NCBI GenBank assembly: GCA_951804945.1
Contig: OX638150.1
Span: 58,032,001 to 58,096,000, forward strand
Origin: Podarcis cretensis
Taxonomy: Eukaryota
Length of the DNA stretch: 64,000 nucleotides
Direction of reading: 5' to 3'
Each line of letters starts with the position of its first letter. Position 1 is the stretch's first letter. The translations under genes and the position numbers were made by a program. Below, in pieces: positions 13,014-27,255 of this stretch. The notes under the pieces were generated by a model. It worked only from the letters and a program-made list of their open reading frames with translations, was not told the origin of the DNA and made no database searches.

Positions 13014-16000
13014 TATAGGTTTCAAATTCTGTTTGTTTGTTTATGGCATAGAGTGCTATAGTTAGTGTTGGTTAAAAAATAAGCCTGAATTTATTCAGAT
13101 GTGAAACATGACAACGCCTGGAAAATTTAAGTTAGTCAGCATCTTCCCTCCAAGCAATGATTCATCCACTGCTGTTCTTGTTGTCATCACAAGGCCAATA
13201 AGAAAGATCAGATATGATTACCTAAAAGACAAACAAAAGTCCCCCCCCACCGCTGCCCACTTTCTTTGCACAGACCAATCTGCCTTTCCAGTTGTGCTAC
13301 AGCATGTTTATCAGTTTATAGTGATTGCAGTAATGCAATTAAGTAATATGGAAAATCTATATCACACCATGCCATCTGCTTTTGACAGAAAACCTTATGT
13401 GCTTTCTAGTGATCAATAAGCAAAAGGTAGAATGGCTGTTTAATTGCTTTTGTAATTCCCCATCAAAGCTTTAAAGTGGAGAAAAGAATGACCTTGCTTT
13501 TAATTTTTTTTCGGTAACTTCATGCCCAAATGAAGTTTCGTATTTTCTACTAAATACAAAGAGATTTTGGGTGTGTGTGTGTCAGGTCCAAAGAGAAATT
13601 CCTTCATGGGCCACTTCCATTAAATGGCAGGCTTAACCCCTTCCCTGCTGGTGGCTTTCCCACTGCAGCAGTTCTTGACATGTTTGCAAGGGCAGTAGAA
13701 TGTGGGGTGCACAGACTGGCACCCTTCTAGCAGTGGCTCTGGGTTCACCAGGACAGGGGTGGGATAGGCAAGAGGTGGCGGCAGCTAGAAAGGAGGTTCA
13801 CAGTAATGTATCCACTCATTTTTCCTCTCACTGTATCCCTTTATAAACTCAGTTTGCTTTGGTCCACTGCTCGCAAAATGCAAAATGCTCGGTTTATTCT
13901 TGCTTTTTTTAAAAAAATGTCATCACTTACTTTGATTCTCCAGGCTGTGTTGTGAGAACTCACTGGACAATGGATTACACTATTTATGGTTCTGCCAGCT
14001 GCTGATCATTGCCAGCCGCCACCAAGCACCCCTTTGCATGCTTCCCAAAGTGCTGTAATCTGCTTCTCTTGCACTGTGTCTTTGTTCTGGTCTTTGTGCA
14101 AGGTAAACAGAGCATTTAAATCACTCCCTTTGATTTAAATAATCCCTTTTGAATCACACCTGTTTTTTTTCTTTCTTAATTTGATCCCCACACAAGGGAC
14201 TCCTGGTTTATTTCAAGGGAAATAAAATCAAACTGAGGGTTCAGTGGGGTCCCTTGCACTCCTTAAGCCACTCCTACTAGAATTTATTGTTTAAGAACTT
14301 TTTTCTTACCCCTGAGACAGAGCTGGTTGTGATTGCTTGTGCTATCCAGAAATGACTGGGCAGCACAGGAGATTGACAGAATGAAGTCCAGAGTGGTTCT
14401 AAATGTGAAATAATGTATTTAATATGAATGTAAGAGAATGGATATGGGGAATTGGAGGTTTGGGGTGGACAGTACCCCACTTGTATTAAGTGAGGAGCCT
14501 ATGTTGGGACTTTCTTCTGTAAATTAGGGCACATGGCCATCCCAGAACATGTTCACAAATTACTGTTTCCATAATAGTATTGACTATTGTCTTCTGTAAG
14601 TGAATGATTCTGAATTCTGAATTTTGCATTCCCACTCAATCCTTATCTCACTCATCTTGATCTCTGTGTTGCTGCTTTCTTACGTATACTATATTTAGTG
14701 TGTTCTCTCTATAGCAATATTGTGGCATCATTTAAAGATGCACAATCATTATCAAGTTAGGGGATATTTGCCCAACACATTAATTTGGTCCTGTGAATTG
14801 GTCTTTAACTGTTACATGTTGTTCAGGTGAGAAAAGAGAGATCATTTGCCAGAAATCCCTCTTTAATAGGATTGTCTGAATTGCAAGGGGAGATTTGCGA
14901 GAAACTGATCTGCTATTAAATATCTCTACAACCCTTCCGCTCTCACTTTTAAAAGCAATTAAAGCTCGCAGGCTCAACCTCTTGTGACAATGACTTGTTA
15001 CAAAAGGAGGAAGATTATTTAATTAGATGACCCATAGAATAAACTGTGCATAAGGTTAAGCGTAATGGGTTGTTTTCCATATTTAAAAATAATGCTGCTT
15101 TAATGGATTTCAGACTGGTACATGCTATATGTATTTATCTTCATCCTTAATGAGCCTTAGCTCAATCTGGAAAAGGACAAAATAAACACAGGCAACCAAA
15201 TATTAACCTGCTTCCAGTCAACTATCAGAGACAGCTCTGTTGAGTGAGCAAAGCCTCATTAATTGCTCAGGAGGCAGAGACTGCAGTGCTCCTAATAGAA
15301 AGGGTGATAGTACACAAAAGGCTTTAGAGAGAGAAAAAGGATATTTGTGCAGCATAAGAAAGTGCTATCAGCAGGAGTACTCATTTCAAGTAGCCACTTC
15401 CTTGTGACTTGAACAGACCGGCTGCTCACTGAGTTATGGCGATAGGGTGCTTTATTATTTTCATATAAGCTGCTACCAAATATCAATCCTAAATAGCTAG
15501 TCCTTTCATTTGATTTTTAAATGATGTTATGTAAGAGATTGCAGGTATGACTCTCGTAGCGTAAGATGCAAATCAAACTGGTTCAGGATATTGGTATGGA
15601 AATTATGGGACTGCTGAGCTATATCAGGGTGAGCATCAGTTACAGAGATTTGGTGGTGTTCTGTTCTTTGAAGGGAACGAAAGGAGTGTAGAATGTTGAA
15701 ACAATCTATTTGTGTGGAAGGGAAAAGGAACCAATCCTGTCCTCTTTTCCTTTTAACTTTTTGTAGATCAAGGCCAGGAGACCAGGCATCAGATGCTCAG
15801 CTTGCTAGACTGAGCATTGGGGAAATTGTTACACACTTTCCATAACTTTTTCTTTACTTACAATCTAATAACAGCTAAAGCAGGACAAGAAATGCAGCTT
15901 TCACAAGGGCACAGCTATAGGATCTGGGATCAAAGAATCAAAGAGGGTGGTCTCCTGTTATCCCAGAACCAGGCAATGCCCTCTACATCTCTCATTGAAC

Positions 16001-16594
16001 TGGGTGCATATGTCTCTTGATGGTGACGTGCAGCCGTATTCGCGACCTGCTGGTTGTTACATGGATCACATTTGTGTGTGATTCAGATTAAGGTCATCAG
16101 TTTCAAAATAACTATGCAAAACAAAGCCAGAGTTTTGTTCATACCAGAAAACAGCCTTCCCCAACCTGGTGCTCTCCAGATGTTGGAGTGTCTAGTCAGC
16201 ATGGTCAATGGTCTGAGAGAATGGGAGAGTTACAGTTCAGATATATGGATGAAAGGTCGCCATACAATATTCATGTTTCAACAATATATCCATCTCAATA
16301 CTTTTATATTTAGAGCAGAATTTCAGAGAACCCATATATTCCAAGGCAGAGCACTAGTGCCATCGAGCCTGGGGCTCTGGACCTGCCTGGGAACGAATAT
16401 CCTTGATTGTACCTCCACTCTACTTTCCCAGTTTTTTACAGCAGCACAACTGCTCTGAACTGGCCAAGTACCATTAAGAAGGTGAAGCCATCCTCTCTAC
16501 GTATATAGATAAGAAGCCAGCTTCCACTGATCTCAAAATGTCAATAAAGAAGTCCCAGTTCGTGTTCTCTGTTTGGGGACCAGGCAAATTCAGT

Positions 16595-17214
16595 TGTAGC
16601 CTTATTGGAGTTCACCGATTGGGTCTGCGTTGTTCCGGGACAGGAAGAAGGAAGTCAAATGACACCGAGTTGGTTCAAAGAAAGAGTTTATTCTGCTCTC
16701 CGGATAGCAGAAGGCACTTGCGTGGTGAGTCCACAGCAAGTCCAAAGAAATGACAAGTTTCATGCAGTATATATATCCTCCAGGCACCCTCTCCCTCCTC
16801 CCTAGGAGCCCAACCACATCAGCCTATGTACACAGGTTGACATCACATATGTTCCTACTCTGGTATTCTCAGCCATAAAAGGATCTTCCTTCCTGTACTT
16901 CTGACCATAAAAGGATCTTCCTCTTCCTACTCTTATCTGGGAAGAGGTCATCATCTCTGGGAACACGCTTTTGGTGTTTTCCCCGGACATCAGTCTGCAC
17001 GTATTTTGTGGTCAGCACATAAGATAAGGCACTGACGTGTTTTCTTTGTTCCCCTAGAGAGCCAGGGTCATCCCTTGCCGTGACTGATAAAGGAGAGAGC
17101 TTTTTTATGCAGCTTATTATGCGTTTGCTCAACAGCTCAAGTTTTACGCATTTTAAAATGCTCTCTTTTGAAAGAACAAAAGGGGGAGGTTGAGTCAGTT
17201 TTAAACTTACTACA
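16595..17214 (-). mobile_element. Solo LTR (ERV- or Gypsy-like), about 620 bp
   Basis: Termini TGTAG...CTACA; flanks CAGT/CAGA (4-bp TSD, 1 mismatch). Minus-strand order: 18-bp direct repeats (16905-16922, 16873-16890), TATA (about 16770), AATAAA (16687-16692), consistent with U3-R-U5. Confidence 0.7.
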
Positions 17215-17886
17215 CAGAAACCCATTCCTTCACAGTGACCATAGACCCCCTTGAAAGAGACTTCCAGCCAATCTTTTCTACCCAAAATTCTGCACACTTG
17301 GTGAATTGTGTATTCACTCACTTTTTGGAGGCATTACTGAAGGCTGTTCTTGCCACCTTCCCAAAGGTGTTTGGTACATTGCAGCACTCTTGGCTTTTCT
17401 CACTTTGGTAGAGAAAGCCAGGGACACTCTTTAACCAGTTAACCGTTGGGTTAACCATGTGTAAATGCAATGGGTGCAAGTCTTTCATTAGTACAGCTAG
17501 ACCCTTGAAGGAAGTGGAGCATTTTTCAACTTGGAATATTGTTGTGGTTTTGACTATGCTGTTGTTGCTGTTATTATTTGTTCGTTTAGATAAATACTGT
17601 TGCTTCCTCGTATCTCAGCTGTGTACGTGTGTTGGGAGGAACAACTGCACAGGCAGCCTAACTAGAGTCTCATGTATTTCTGGGGTGAGAGGTCCAAACA
17701 AGACCCAGATAGAATAGGGACTGAAACTGGACCAGGATGGGGTTACATAAGCAATATGCCTTCTTTTTTACATACATCATCATGTTAGGTTACTGTATTT
17801 AATAGCAGTTACAAACCTCTGTCAATTTCTCTGTGCTTGCACACATGAAATACACTTCATTCACCCCATCAGTCAAAGATACAGCA

Positions 17887-17890
<4 letters not shown>

Positions 17891-17917
<27 letters not shown>
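17891..17917. repeat. (CA)n microsatellite
   Basis: Direct reading. Confidence 0.95.
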
Positions 17918-18454
17918 TATGGGATTGCATCTCTGCAATTCATACACTACGATGCTTGAATAATAGCATTTGTCTTTTTGTAGCTTTGTTGCTTGCTTTT
18001 TTTAATCTGCATATGTTTTCTTTGGAAAGTAACAATAGCATTTTTGTCACTATCCATAAAAATGCTAAGAGACAAGAATTTTTCGAACTGCACAGTCGTT
18101 AAATTGAAGTGCGGAGAGCATCTTGTATGACAAAAATGAAATCCAGGCATACTGAATAAAATAGAAGAGATTAGCAACTGGAAAAAAAGGGAACAGATGG
18201 TTAAAAGCTTGATTCGGGGAGTTGTAGCCAATGGCTCAAATTTTAGCAGCATATGGGAAAGTTTTCAGGAAAGCACAGAATACAGAAACAAATTGTCTTA
18301 ACTATGTGGGAATAATTGGTTTAAAAAAAGCAATAAAGCTCTTTCCCCTATAAAAGAACTGTGATTAAAGAAAGGGATAATGGTGATGCGTTTGCTAAGG
18401 GTCCAAACTGTGATGTGCCATTTTCTCTAGGGCACTTACTTATCTTTTGAGGGG

Positions 18455-18642
18455 GATACCTTCCAGTTTGTGCAGCCTGATGATGTAAACAAAGTGATCC
18501 TTGGAAAGGTGAAACATGCCTCTTCTATGCCCATCCCTACTTGAAAGTGCTGGGAAGCAAGACAGTCCTACTGAATAAGAGAAGTGCTTAGAACGTTCTC
18601 TCCTGCTTTGAAGGAGGCTATGGTAAGACCATTCCTAAAATG
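18455..18642 (+). mobile_element. Degenerate L2 reverse-transcriptase fragment
   Basis: Residual peptides FQFVQPDDVNKV and LKEAMVRPFLK resemble the L2 pre-RT region. Confidence 0.55.
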
Positions 18643-20104
18643 AAATAGTATAGAGCATCATTTCATGTGCAGGGGGTTTCAGTACCAACAACTGAATTTC
18701 ACTTTTCCACCTAATCCTCAGAACGCAGTGGAGCCGATGAACCCATGTCTGAACAGAAGAACATAGAAAGTTCCCTTATAAAGAGTCAGATCATTTGCTC
18801 AAATTCAAAAGTAGGGGGCCCATGGCTTGGCTTTTGAAAAACAAAGGGTCCACATTACCTTTCAGTGCTATTTCTGATATGTTTGGGGTAGTTTAAGTAC
18901 AGTTTTTGTTGCAGTGACTGTGCACCTCCCATCTCAGTCATTTCAAGAGTTCTGTGCTAGTGTTGGCTAGCTTTCACATATTTGAATGGTTACATTTTAA
19001 TTTCAAGAAATGGTAGTTGGTGTTATCTATTAGTTGGTTATAATGCAATTTGTGATTTATAGCTTGTGATTGGCTTTGTTAATATGAAGCTGTTTAAGTG
19101 TGATTAAATGGAGAGGAGGTGTTAATTGCACTGTGATCTGTTAGTGTTCAGTTGTCCCTTGACCACACTGAACATGAAAAATAACAAGTAACTATAATGA
19201 ACTAAGAAAAGGTCCGTAAAACCAAAATCAAGGCTGACACTTGATTTTACATTGTCACATTACATTCAGTTTGATCCAGTTCAAGAGAGTTCAGATTTCC
19301 AGAGTTTGGAAAGGGCCAAAGCAATAGAGAAAAGCAACTTAGGATACTTTCCTTATGATGTTGTAGCTGTCTCACTAACACTATTTCAGGGATAGAACAG
19401 CATGTAAAGAAGGCAGGATTCTTTTATCTTGCTCCTCAAAATGCAAGAATTGAACCCTCCCCCCCCCCCCAAAAAAAGCAATTATGAGGTATGCTTCTGT
19501 GACCAAGGTTATGTTTGTTCTGGCTGCAGCCTTCTATATGATCTGTTCTCAGTGTCTCAATTTTCTTTTCTTGTTTCAAATTCCCTTTCTCATCATTTCC
19601 TGTCTGTACTGAGATTGCTCTGTATAAAATCTCTACTGATCTCTTCTATGCTAAGCCACAAGGATTCTCTTCCATGATCATTCTCCTTGATCTCTCTTGA
19701 GGTTTCGGTACCCTTGCTCACTTTCTGCTTCTTAGCGCTCTTCATTCTCTGAAATTTGGTGGACTGTTGTTGATTGGTTTCATGCACATCACACAAATCA
19801 CTCTCTTTGATGTCTACGCCAAGTGCTCTCCCCCATCTTCACTGTGCTTTAAAGCCAATCCAAACAAAAAGAGCTTCCCCACTCCCATCTCCTCCCCCTC
19901 TCAAGCTCTGGGTCAACTTAGTTATGTTTTTTCAGGAAGACAGCCAAGACCACAGAGTTACCTAGATGCTTCAGGAGTCCCCAATCCAATTTGAGGTACC
20001 TTGTTAATGGTGATTTCCAACTTGGAAATGTGGGAACCTTTCTTGAATCACAGCATTTTGCCTTGTAATTCATGGTGCACCCAGAGCTGATGTCCTCCTC
20101 GAAT

Positions 20105-20390
20105 AGAAAGCTTTCATCACTAGTAGCCATTAATGGCCCTGTCCTCCAATAACTTGTGTAATCACCTTTTAAATCCATCTAAGATGGTCACCATCACTGC
20201 ATCCTGTGGCAGAAAACTCCGTAGCTGTGTGAATAAGTACTTCCTTTTCTCCATCCTGAATTTGCTACCATTGTTTCATTGGATGACGCTGGCTTCTGGT
20301 AATATGAGAGAGGGAGAAAAAAACACCTCTCTGCCCACTTTTTCCACACACCATGCATAATATTATACACCTCTGTCATGCCCTCCCCAA
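20105..20390 (-). mobile_element. CR1 LINE 3' fragment
   Basis: Frameshifted CR1 ORF2 C-terminal motifs (MTEVYNIMHG...RKYLF...LPQDAVMVTILDGFKR). Confidence 0.85.
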
Positions 20391-23300
20391 ACTCTATATC
20401 ATTTCAAAACGTGTAGCGTTCCCATTTCTTCATGCCTTGGCCTCTTCTTATTCATCTTCATTGCTTTCTCTCTGTTCTCTTTATTCCCTTCATTCATCAA
20501 ATGCTAATCTCCTTACTAAACTGCTGGTCCCTTGTGCAATTTCTCATCTGCGTGCTTTCTTTCTCGCTGCTTATGCCTGGAACTCCTCTTTGTTCCAGCT
20601 TGAAGAAATTATGAATGACACACCTTTTTTCTTCCCTTTCCGTTTGACTTCTTTGACTCTCCTTCGACTTACAGGTCAATTATTATCTAGGTTTTGCTTA
20701 ACTCTTTTGGCTTCGCTTGTGTCCCATTCAGCCAGTTCCTCATTCTCCTTTGTCTCATGCTTTTTGGAGCATGAGCCTGCTGGCTGGGACCTGCACTGTA
20801 TATCCATGCATGGCGCTGGGTATATTTTGGATGATTTTATAAATAATACATTATGAGATTATGATATTTTAATCTGTGCTGGGGAAATAATGATTTTCCC
20901 AGAGGTAGTTAAGAAATGTGTTGCTGTTCACATAGCTATAGCCCCGGCAGATTAGGAAAAACAGATAATTTGGCTGCTTACTTAACAACTTGGGCCACTT
21001 CACACATGCATGTTTATAATTCATTGACTATAGCATCATGAGATGGCTTCCATGTATAAATGAGCTATCACAGATTAATAGACACAGAGGGGATTTTTAC
21101 AGCACCTGGTGTCACCTCGGATGAAATAAGTGTCTGTAGAGACCTATCATACAGTCAGCTGAGAGTAATAAGTAATCAAGTCAATAAGTGTAGGCTCGTG
21201 TGAAGCAGCCGTTCTGAATACTTTTCAGGGTTTTTGTCCTGTTATTGTCCCATATATTGCAAGTTGCTAACTCTAACACTTTCATTAGAACTGTAACAAC
21301 TTTTAGGAGTTCAGTCAAAGCAACAGCTGCTGAAATCTTCAGTAGCTCAGCTTTATTTTATTTTATTTTACAGTATACTAACCCAAAAGACCTCGAGCCA
21401 CAAGAAAAGCTGTTTGTGAGAAATGACTTGATTTTTGAACATTTGGAGGAGATGGCACCCTTAACATTTTTACAACCCCTTCAAAACCTATTAGCATGAA
21501 CAGAATACCTCCCTCTGTTGGTTTTACAAGCCTTTTTTTTAAAAATAGGCATAATGCTGCAGGTAATTGTGTAGAAAAATATGCATATTAAATATTATGT
21601 TTACTGGCATATGTTACAGCATACGATAAGCATTCTCGTTCGGTAAGCAATTTTACAGGGGCCTCAAGAATAAAACAGGAAATTAAAGGCAAACCACACT
21701 ATAACCCACATTTTCAGTCTTTGGGGATTTTAATGGGACTGATTCCAAAGCTAACTAATGAGAAAATGAATTTCTGAGCACTCTGAAGAAGCATCCTGGA
21801 CTCATGTGGCTGAATGGGAAACAATGTTCAACCTAGGAATTTAACCTATGCAGGGTTTCCTTGTCATTCACAGTGTATATTTTATTCAGTCAGCTTTGGA
21901 AATGTGCACACAGTCAGTGAGAATATTAAACACAGCATTTCCATGCAAGGTAACAGCATCCCACAAAGTGCATTAGCAAACCCAAGCAGATGAACAAGAA
22001 CAAGCTTTCCTTCCATTAGGTTTGTCACACTGGCAGTATTAAGCCATCCTGAGAGCTCCTCGTAGTCTTGGGGATCAGCAATTGTTTTCTTTCCTGTAGG
22101 AACGTTTGCTGGTCTCTTACCATACTTGAATTATGGGGAATGAGATAGGGAGGCCTCAGCAAACTCCGCAAGTCCACTGCCCCTCCAAGTATAGCTAAAA
22201 CAAGGGGCCCCAGCCCCAGTCCCTAAGCAGTACCAGAGAATTCAAGTGGTTTGGCCCTCCTTTGGCCTCTTTAATAGTCAAGCATTCATCTAATAGGAGT
22301 TGTTCTTAAGAACATCTGATAGCTAGTATTGTATCTTTGGTGGAAACTGGTATTCATTATAAGATGCCATTCTAGATTACTGCGATTCCAAGGATTTCAA
22401 CTATCATTTTGTCGTTAATAACCATCTAGATAAAGTGCTGAAGAGCAGAAAAAAGGTCTAGTTTCTACAGTATACCTTTGTTCACAGATCCTGGTCTTTT
22501 TCAGGCACACATTTGCATGGACAAAGATGCTCCCCTTGACATGCATCTTTAGCTCTATGGATTGCTCCTTGTTTTAATTTATTTCACAAATTTTTATTCT
22601 GCCCTTCAACACTCCTATTTTCAGGGTGAATTAACAATTGCAGACAACAATAAAGAATTATACGGCAATAAAGGAAAACGAACACAAAGAAAAACAGCAC
22701 ATACAATTGCAGCATAAAAATCAGCATCACCAGAGATGAGATTCAAAGGCCGAAGCAAATAAGTGGCTCCTGAAAAGATATAGGATTGGGTTGAGGCAAA
22801 CATTTCTGGGTTCCACAGTTGTAGCCCAAGAGGTTTTCTGAAAGGTTGGGTATTGCTTTTGTGGTATCTGAACATGGTTTTGGGCCAACTATTTGAGAGA
22901 AAGAGCTTCTTTGCATCTATTTGAGAGCTGTTGTGGAGGCACCTACACCATTACAGGTTTGTGTTAAGAAGGTCTGCAGTGTGTGAGCTGGAAAATCATA
23001 GATCTAGAAGGTGACAGTATAGTTGCATAATTGTAGCAGAGCATCTTCCAAATGACACCGTTATGGGAACTGTTCTGATCTCTTGCTTCTCAGGAATGAT
23101 GGAAGTTAACCATCAGCAAGCATTGTTGTACAAGTCACTAGGAAGCTCTGCATGCATTCCAAATATGTGTTCTAAATATGAACATGACATCCACATTTCT
23201 TGTGTGGCATGTTGCGTATGTTTAAATATGTCTTTACTATTCTTATCCCAACTTCTGTACTAACACCTCACTTGGGTCGTTGTTGCTCCTCATATGTCAG

Positions 23301-23889
23301 TTGGCCATGAGTCAAGGAATTGTTTTTGCCTCTTTGATTTCTGGATCACATCTTCTAAACCAGCTCCCTGTCCTAGTCATATAATCTTGCTTTATGCCCC
23401 AACAGCTGGTGCTGTTACTCCTTCTGCTTTATTTCGACTAATAAAGCATGCCACTCTCAGCGCTTAGCAGAGTCTTTCTTCTCCAGGTACTCCCCTTTTT
23501 AACAAAGCAATCTTGCATCGTCAACTCTGCACGTTCACTGCAGCTGGAAGCAGAAGCAGAAGCAACACTTTAGCCTGCCAACCGCACCTTTGTTCTTATA
23601 GCCTTGTGCTTCTCTTACATTAGGCAAAACATGGGAATTACGGTACCCTTTTCTTCTTGATTTATGCAATTTGTTTATTTTCTAAAAAATAGAAATTCAA
23701 ATTCCTACATAAACACCTATGCTTGCAAGCCTCTTGAATGCACAACTGCATGCCAAATGGCAGCCTATATTAGTAAAAAGAATAAGTTATTACTGTGTCT
23801 TAATAGACACAATGTGCTAGGTACAGATGCTAAAAACAAGAACAAATATTGGTGCTAGTTGGGGCAGCACACTTGCACAGCAGCTACTG

Positions 23890-24036
23890 TGATGCAGTGA
23901 TTAGAGTGCTGGACTAGGAAGACAGGGTTCAAATCTCTGAACCAGTCATCAACTTCCAACATATCCTACCTTGAACCATCAACCTTGAACCAGTCATCAA
24001 CTTCCAACATATCCTACCTTACAAGGTTGTTGTGAG

Positions 24037-24081
<45 letters not shown>

Positions 24082-24142
24082 TGTACACCACCTGAAGCTC
24101 TTTGGAAGAGAAGTGGAATATAAATGCAATAATAAATAAATG
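23890..24142 (+). mobile_element. MIR-like SINE with internal 35-bp duplication and (GA)n
   Basis: tRNA-like head, TGAACCAGTCATCAACTTCCAACATATCCTACCTT at 23938-23972 and 23986-24020, (GA)n at about 24040-24078, (AAAT)n tail. Confidence 0.7.
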
Positions 24143-25149
24143 AAATGATCCAAACTGGAGCCCTGTTGTTAGTGCAGCACAACAGCAGAATCCAATGGGT
24201 GCCTTGCATTTGTAGAATATGTTATGCAACCATCCAATGCAACTATTCAGGGACACTTAAGCTTTGTGCCCTGCTTCTCGTACAGCTACTTCAGCAACAA
24301 TGTCCGCAGCCACATTTCTTATGGTATTCTTACGTTGGATCTCTCCCTGTGAAGACTGGCTTCACAGAAGCACTTTTCTTGGCTTGCCTTCTGTGACTTG
24401 ATGAGCAACTTCATGACAGAACAAAATTCAACGGGATGTGGTTTCCCAGAGCTGCACTTGCATTTGTGGAACTGTTGCAGCTGTTGTTGTATTCTGCCTG
24501 CTGGAACCCTGCCAGCAGTCCCTACCCTCATGTTGTTGGCAAGGTCTTAGGCAAGGCCTATGAAGTTCATATAGGGGTTATTTGACATTTGAGAAACTGG
24601 TCTACTTCAGCCTATGGCCTGCCCCAAGGAGGGGGGACATAGTGATGTGATAGTTCTACCCTAGGTATTTTGGATCCTAGGTTGAAAGATTACCCCTCTG
24701 CATTCCAATTTGTCACAGGCTGCCATAGCAACTAGTTCACACAGTGATATTTACTCTATAGGTCAGGAGAGCATTCAGAACACCAAGTCATTATTACCAT
24801 GATCTTCTCTGAAAATAGGGAGTAATTTTTTAAAAAAAAATTAAGGCAACATGATGCCGGATCATTTGTGTACAATATCAAATACATTTAAGCCACTGTC
24901 TCAGTCGGACTAAGGATTGCTTTGAAAACAGAAGGGTAGCATGAGTAGCAGAGACCATCTTGCCGTCTCTGGAGCAGATTGCATCTTACGCTAAAGACTC
25001 TCTTTGTACTTTACTTCTGTTAACTGCAGCAAAAACAGTGACCAGCCTATCCACTCTTTGTATGAAATATGTAGTAGTTCACTTATTGGTTTTAACTGGT
25101 TGCCATTACTTTGATATTTAACCCCTCTAGTCCTAAAAATATAAGGTGA

Positions 25150-25279
25150 GGATAGGGAACTTTGGCCTTCCAGGTGTTGTTGGACTCCAACTTCCAGCAA
25201 CCCCAGTTAGCAAGGCCAACAGTCAGGGATGGTGGGAGTCCAACCACATCTAGAAGGCAACAGGTTTCCCACACCTGGT
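25150..25279. mobile_element. Degenerate palindromic hAT-type MITE
   Basis: GGACTCCAACTTCC...GGGAGTCC arms resemble the 32814 and 36718 family. Confidence 0.6.
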
Positions 25280-26812
25280 TTAAATTCACCAAAGCAGGAG
25301 GGAAGAAAAAACCCAAACAAAAAACACTGGAATGGGGTCATAAAAGAGGGAAGGAAATGGGAGATAATCCTACAAATGCCAACTTTTCAAGAAATGACCA
25401 AACAGTCTGGGGCCTGACATTGTTATTAAAAATACAGGGAGGAAAACAATTTATAGCTTATAATGGACTCTATAAACTGACTTAACTAAAAGACCTCCAA
25501 TTTAAATTGCTAATCTTGAATTGATAGCAAATGCATTAGCAATAGCATGGACCATGATTGCTTCCAGTAAAAAGAATCATCAAATGTCTATCAAAATAGA
25601 ATCTGAAATGAACTTGAAATAGTTAAATTGACCTATATGGGAAAAACACAGAAGGGCAAATTCTTTTTATGTGAAATGGGTTATCTTTGTTAAGTACATG
25701 AATCAGTTCCTTAAATGCCAAGATGTTTCTTTGAGATTTTTCTCTATCTAAAAAAAAAAAAAGCATTACAGTATTCCATCAACCTAATTCAATTTTTTAA
25801 ATAAAAGAAATAACAAAATGCTATTTTACTGTCATCAGAAAGCTGCTATTGTGACAGCATTCAGATGCACAAGTTCCAGTGAAAAGCTGAGTGTGCAGGC
25901 TCCAACACTTTCATTAAAAATTGCTAATGTTTTTAGAAGGTTATTCTACATTCCATGCAAGGACAACTAGGTTTTTCTATTTTATAGCTTAATCTGGAGG
26001 CCCTCAGAGATAGGTTTGGTAGTTTTTGCACATGGAATCTGCCGACTTGTGCTACCAAATCATATAGTTATGCAAACCTCTCATGTAATACTTTTGTTCC
26101 CTGCCTTCCCACTGGCCTAGATACCTAAGCATTGTGGGTATTACAGAGGTGTACTGAGGTTTTATTTTCTAATAACTGGGCATCAATATTAGATGAACCT
26201 ACACAACAAAGATGATTTTTGTTCCTTTTTTTTTAAGGAAAAAGGAAAACACCAACATTTCCTGGAAATTATTCAGACCTCAGGCCATGAGAAGGTGCCA
26301 GCACAGAGCTCCGTGACCCAAAAGAAAATCATTTAACCTTACTGTGTTTGGTGAACTTTGGAGACTGCATCATTCCCAAAAGATGGAAGCAAAGCTCTGT
26401 GCTGCCTTAACCCTCATCAAGTTAGTTCCTTTAATTAGCATCTCTTGCAGTGGCTGCAGGTGGGTCAAGGACAAAATGGCAGGACTTCAAGATTTGAGAT
26501 TCATGCTGTGTAAACAGTAAAAGGTGCTGCTGAGACTGCATAAGAAACGTGGGATTTCTCTACAGAACGGAGGGGTTACTACCCTGGAACAAATGAAAAT
26601 GAAGCATTGTAATATAGGAAGTTTTCATTAGAACAGATTAGCGAAAACAATCCATTTTATTTTCTTAAAATTGAATGGATTGGTTCACATTTTGCATTGG
26701 CACAAACACATCAAAACGAAAAGGACAACTGGGCCTCAGGCTAAGCTTTGTTGCTGAATTTGACAATATGGTATAGCTATGAGTGTGTTAAAATAGTCCA
26801 ACAATAAATAGG

Positions 26813-26863
26813 TTTTCATTTCCACCTTCACTTTCATTTCCACCTTCACTTTCCACCTTCACT
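26813..26863. repeat. Short tandem repeat (TTTCCACCTTCAC x3)
   Basis: Direct reading. Confidence 0.9.
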
Positions 26864-27163
26864 TGCAACATTAGGCAGCCAAGATGCTATCAGACTTCAG
26901 GGGAGGCACATGCCAAGCATTTATTGCAGCTGGCACAACATGGTATCTCTGCCACACTGAAGTCCCATTGAGTTTAATGGAGCTCCAGGATGCATTCAGA
27001 CATGGAGTTTATTGCATTAGCTTTACTGGCTGTAGTGCTAACACTTCTTTCCTGGTTTCTTATGTTCCTTTTAAACTGCATTACATGCTGCATTGTGAAA
27101 CACCGAGTTTTTGATCAATACACCACCATGTCATGATGTGACACAATAGCAGATGTCATTAGA

Positions 27164-27255
27164 ACATAGCTGTCAACTTTTCCCTTTTCTTATGAGGAAT
27201 CCTATTCGGAATAAGGGAATTTCCCTTTAAAAAAGGAAAACGTTGACAGCTATGT
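27164..27255. mobile_element. Very small MITE (92 bp)
   Basis: Perfect 14-bp TIR ACATAGCTGTCAAC...GTTGACAGCTATGT. Confidence 0.75.

Noticed and set aside
16538-17321. Cluster of ORFs up to 150 aa suggesting a processed pseudogene
   Set aside because: No recognisable protein; the region is better explained as a solo LTR.
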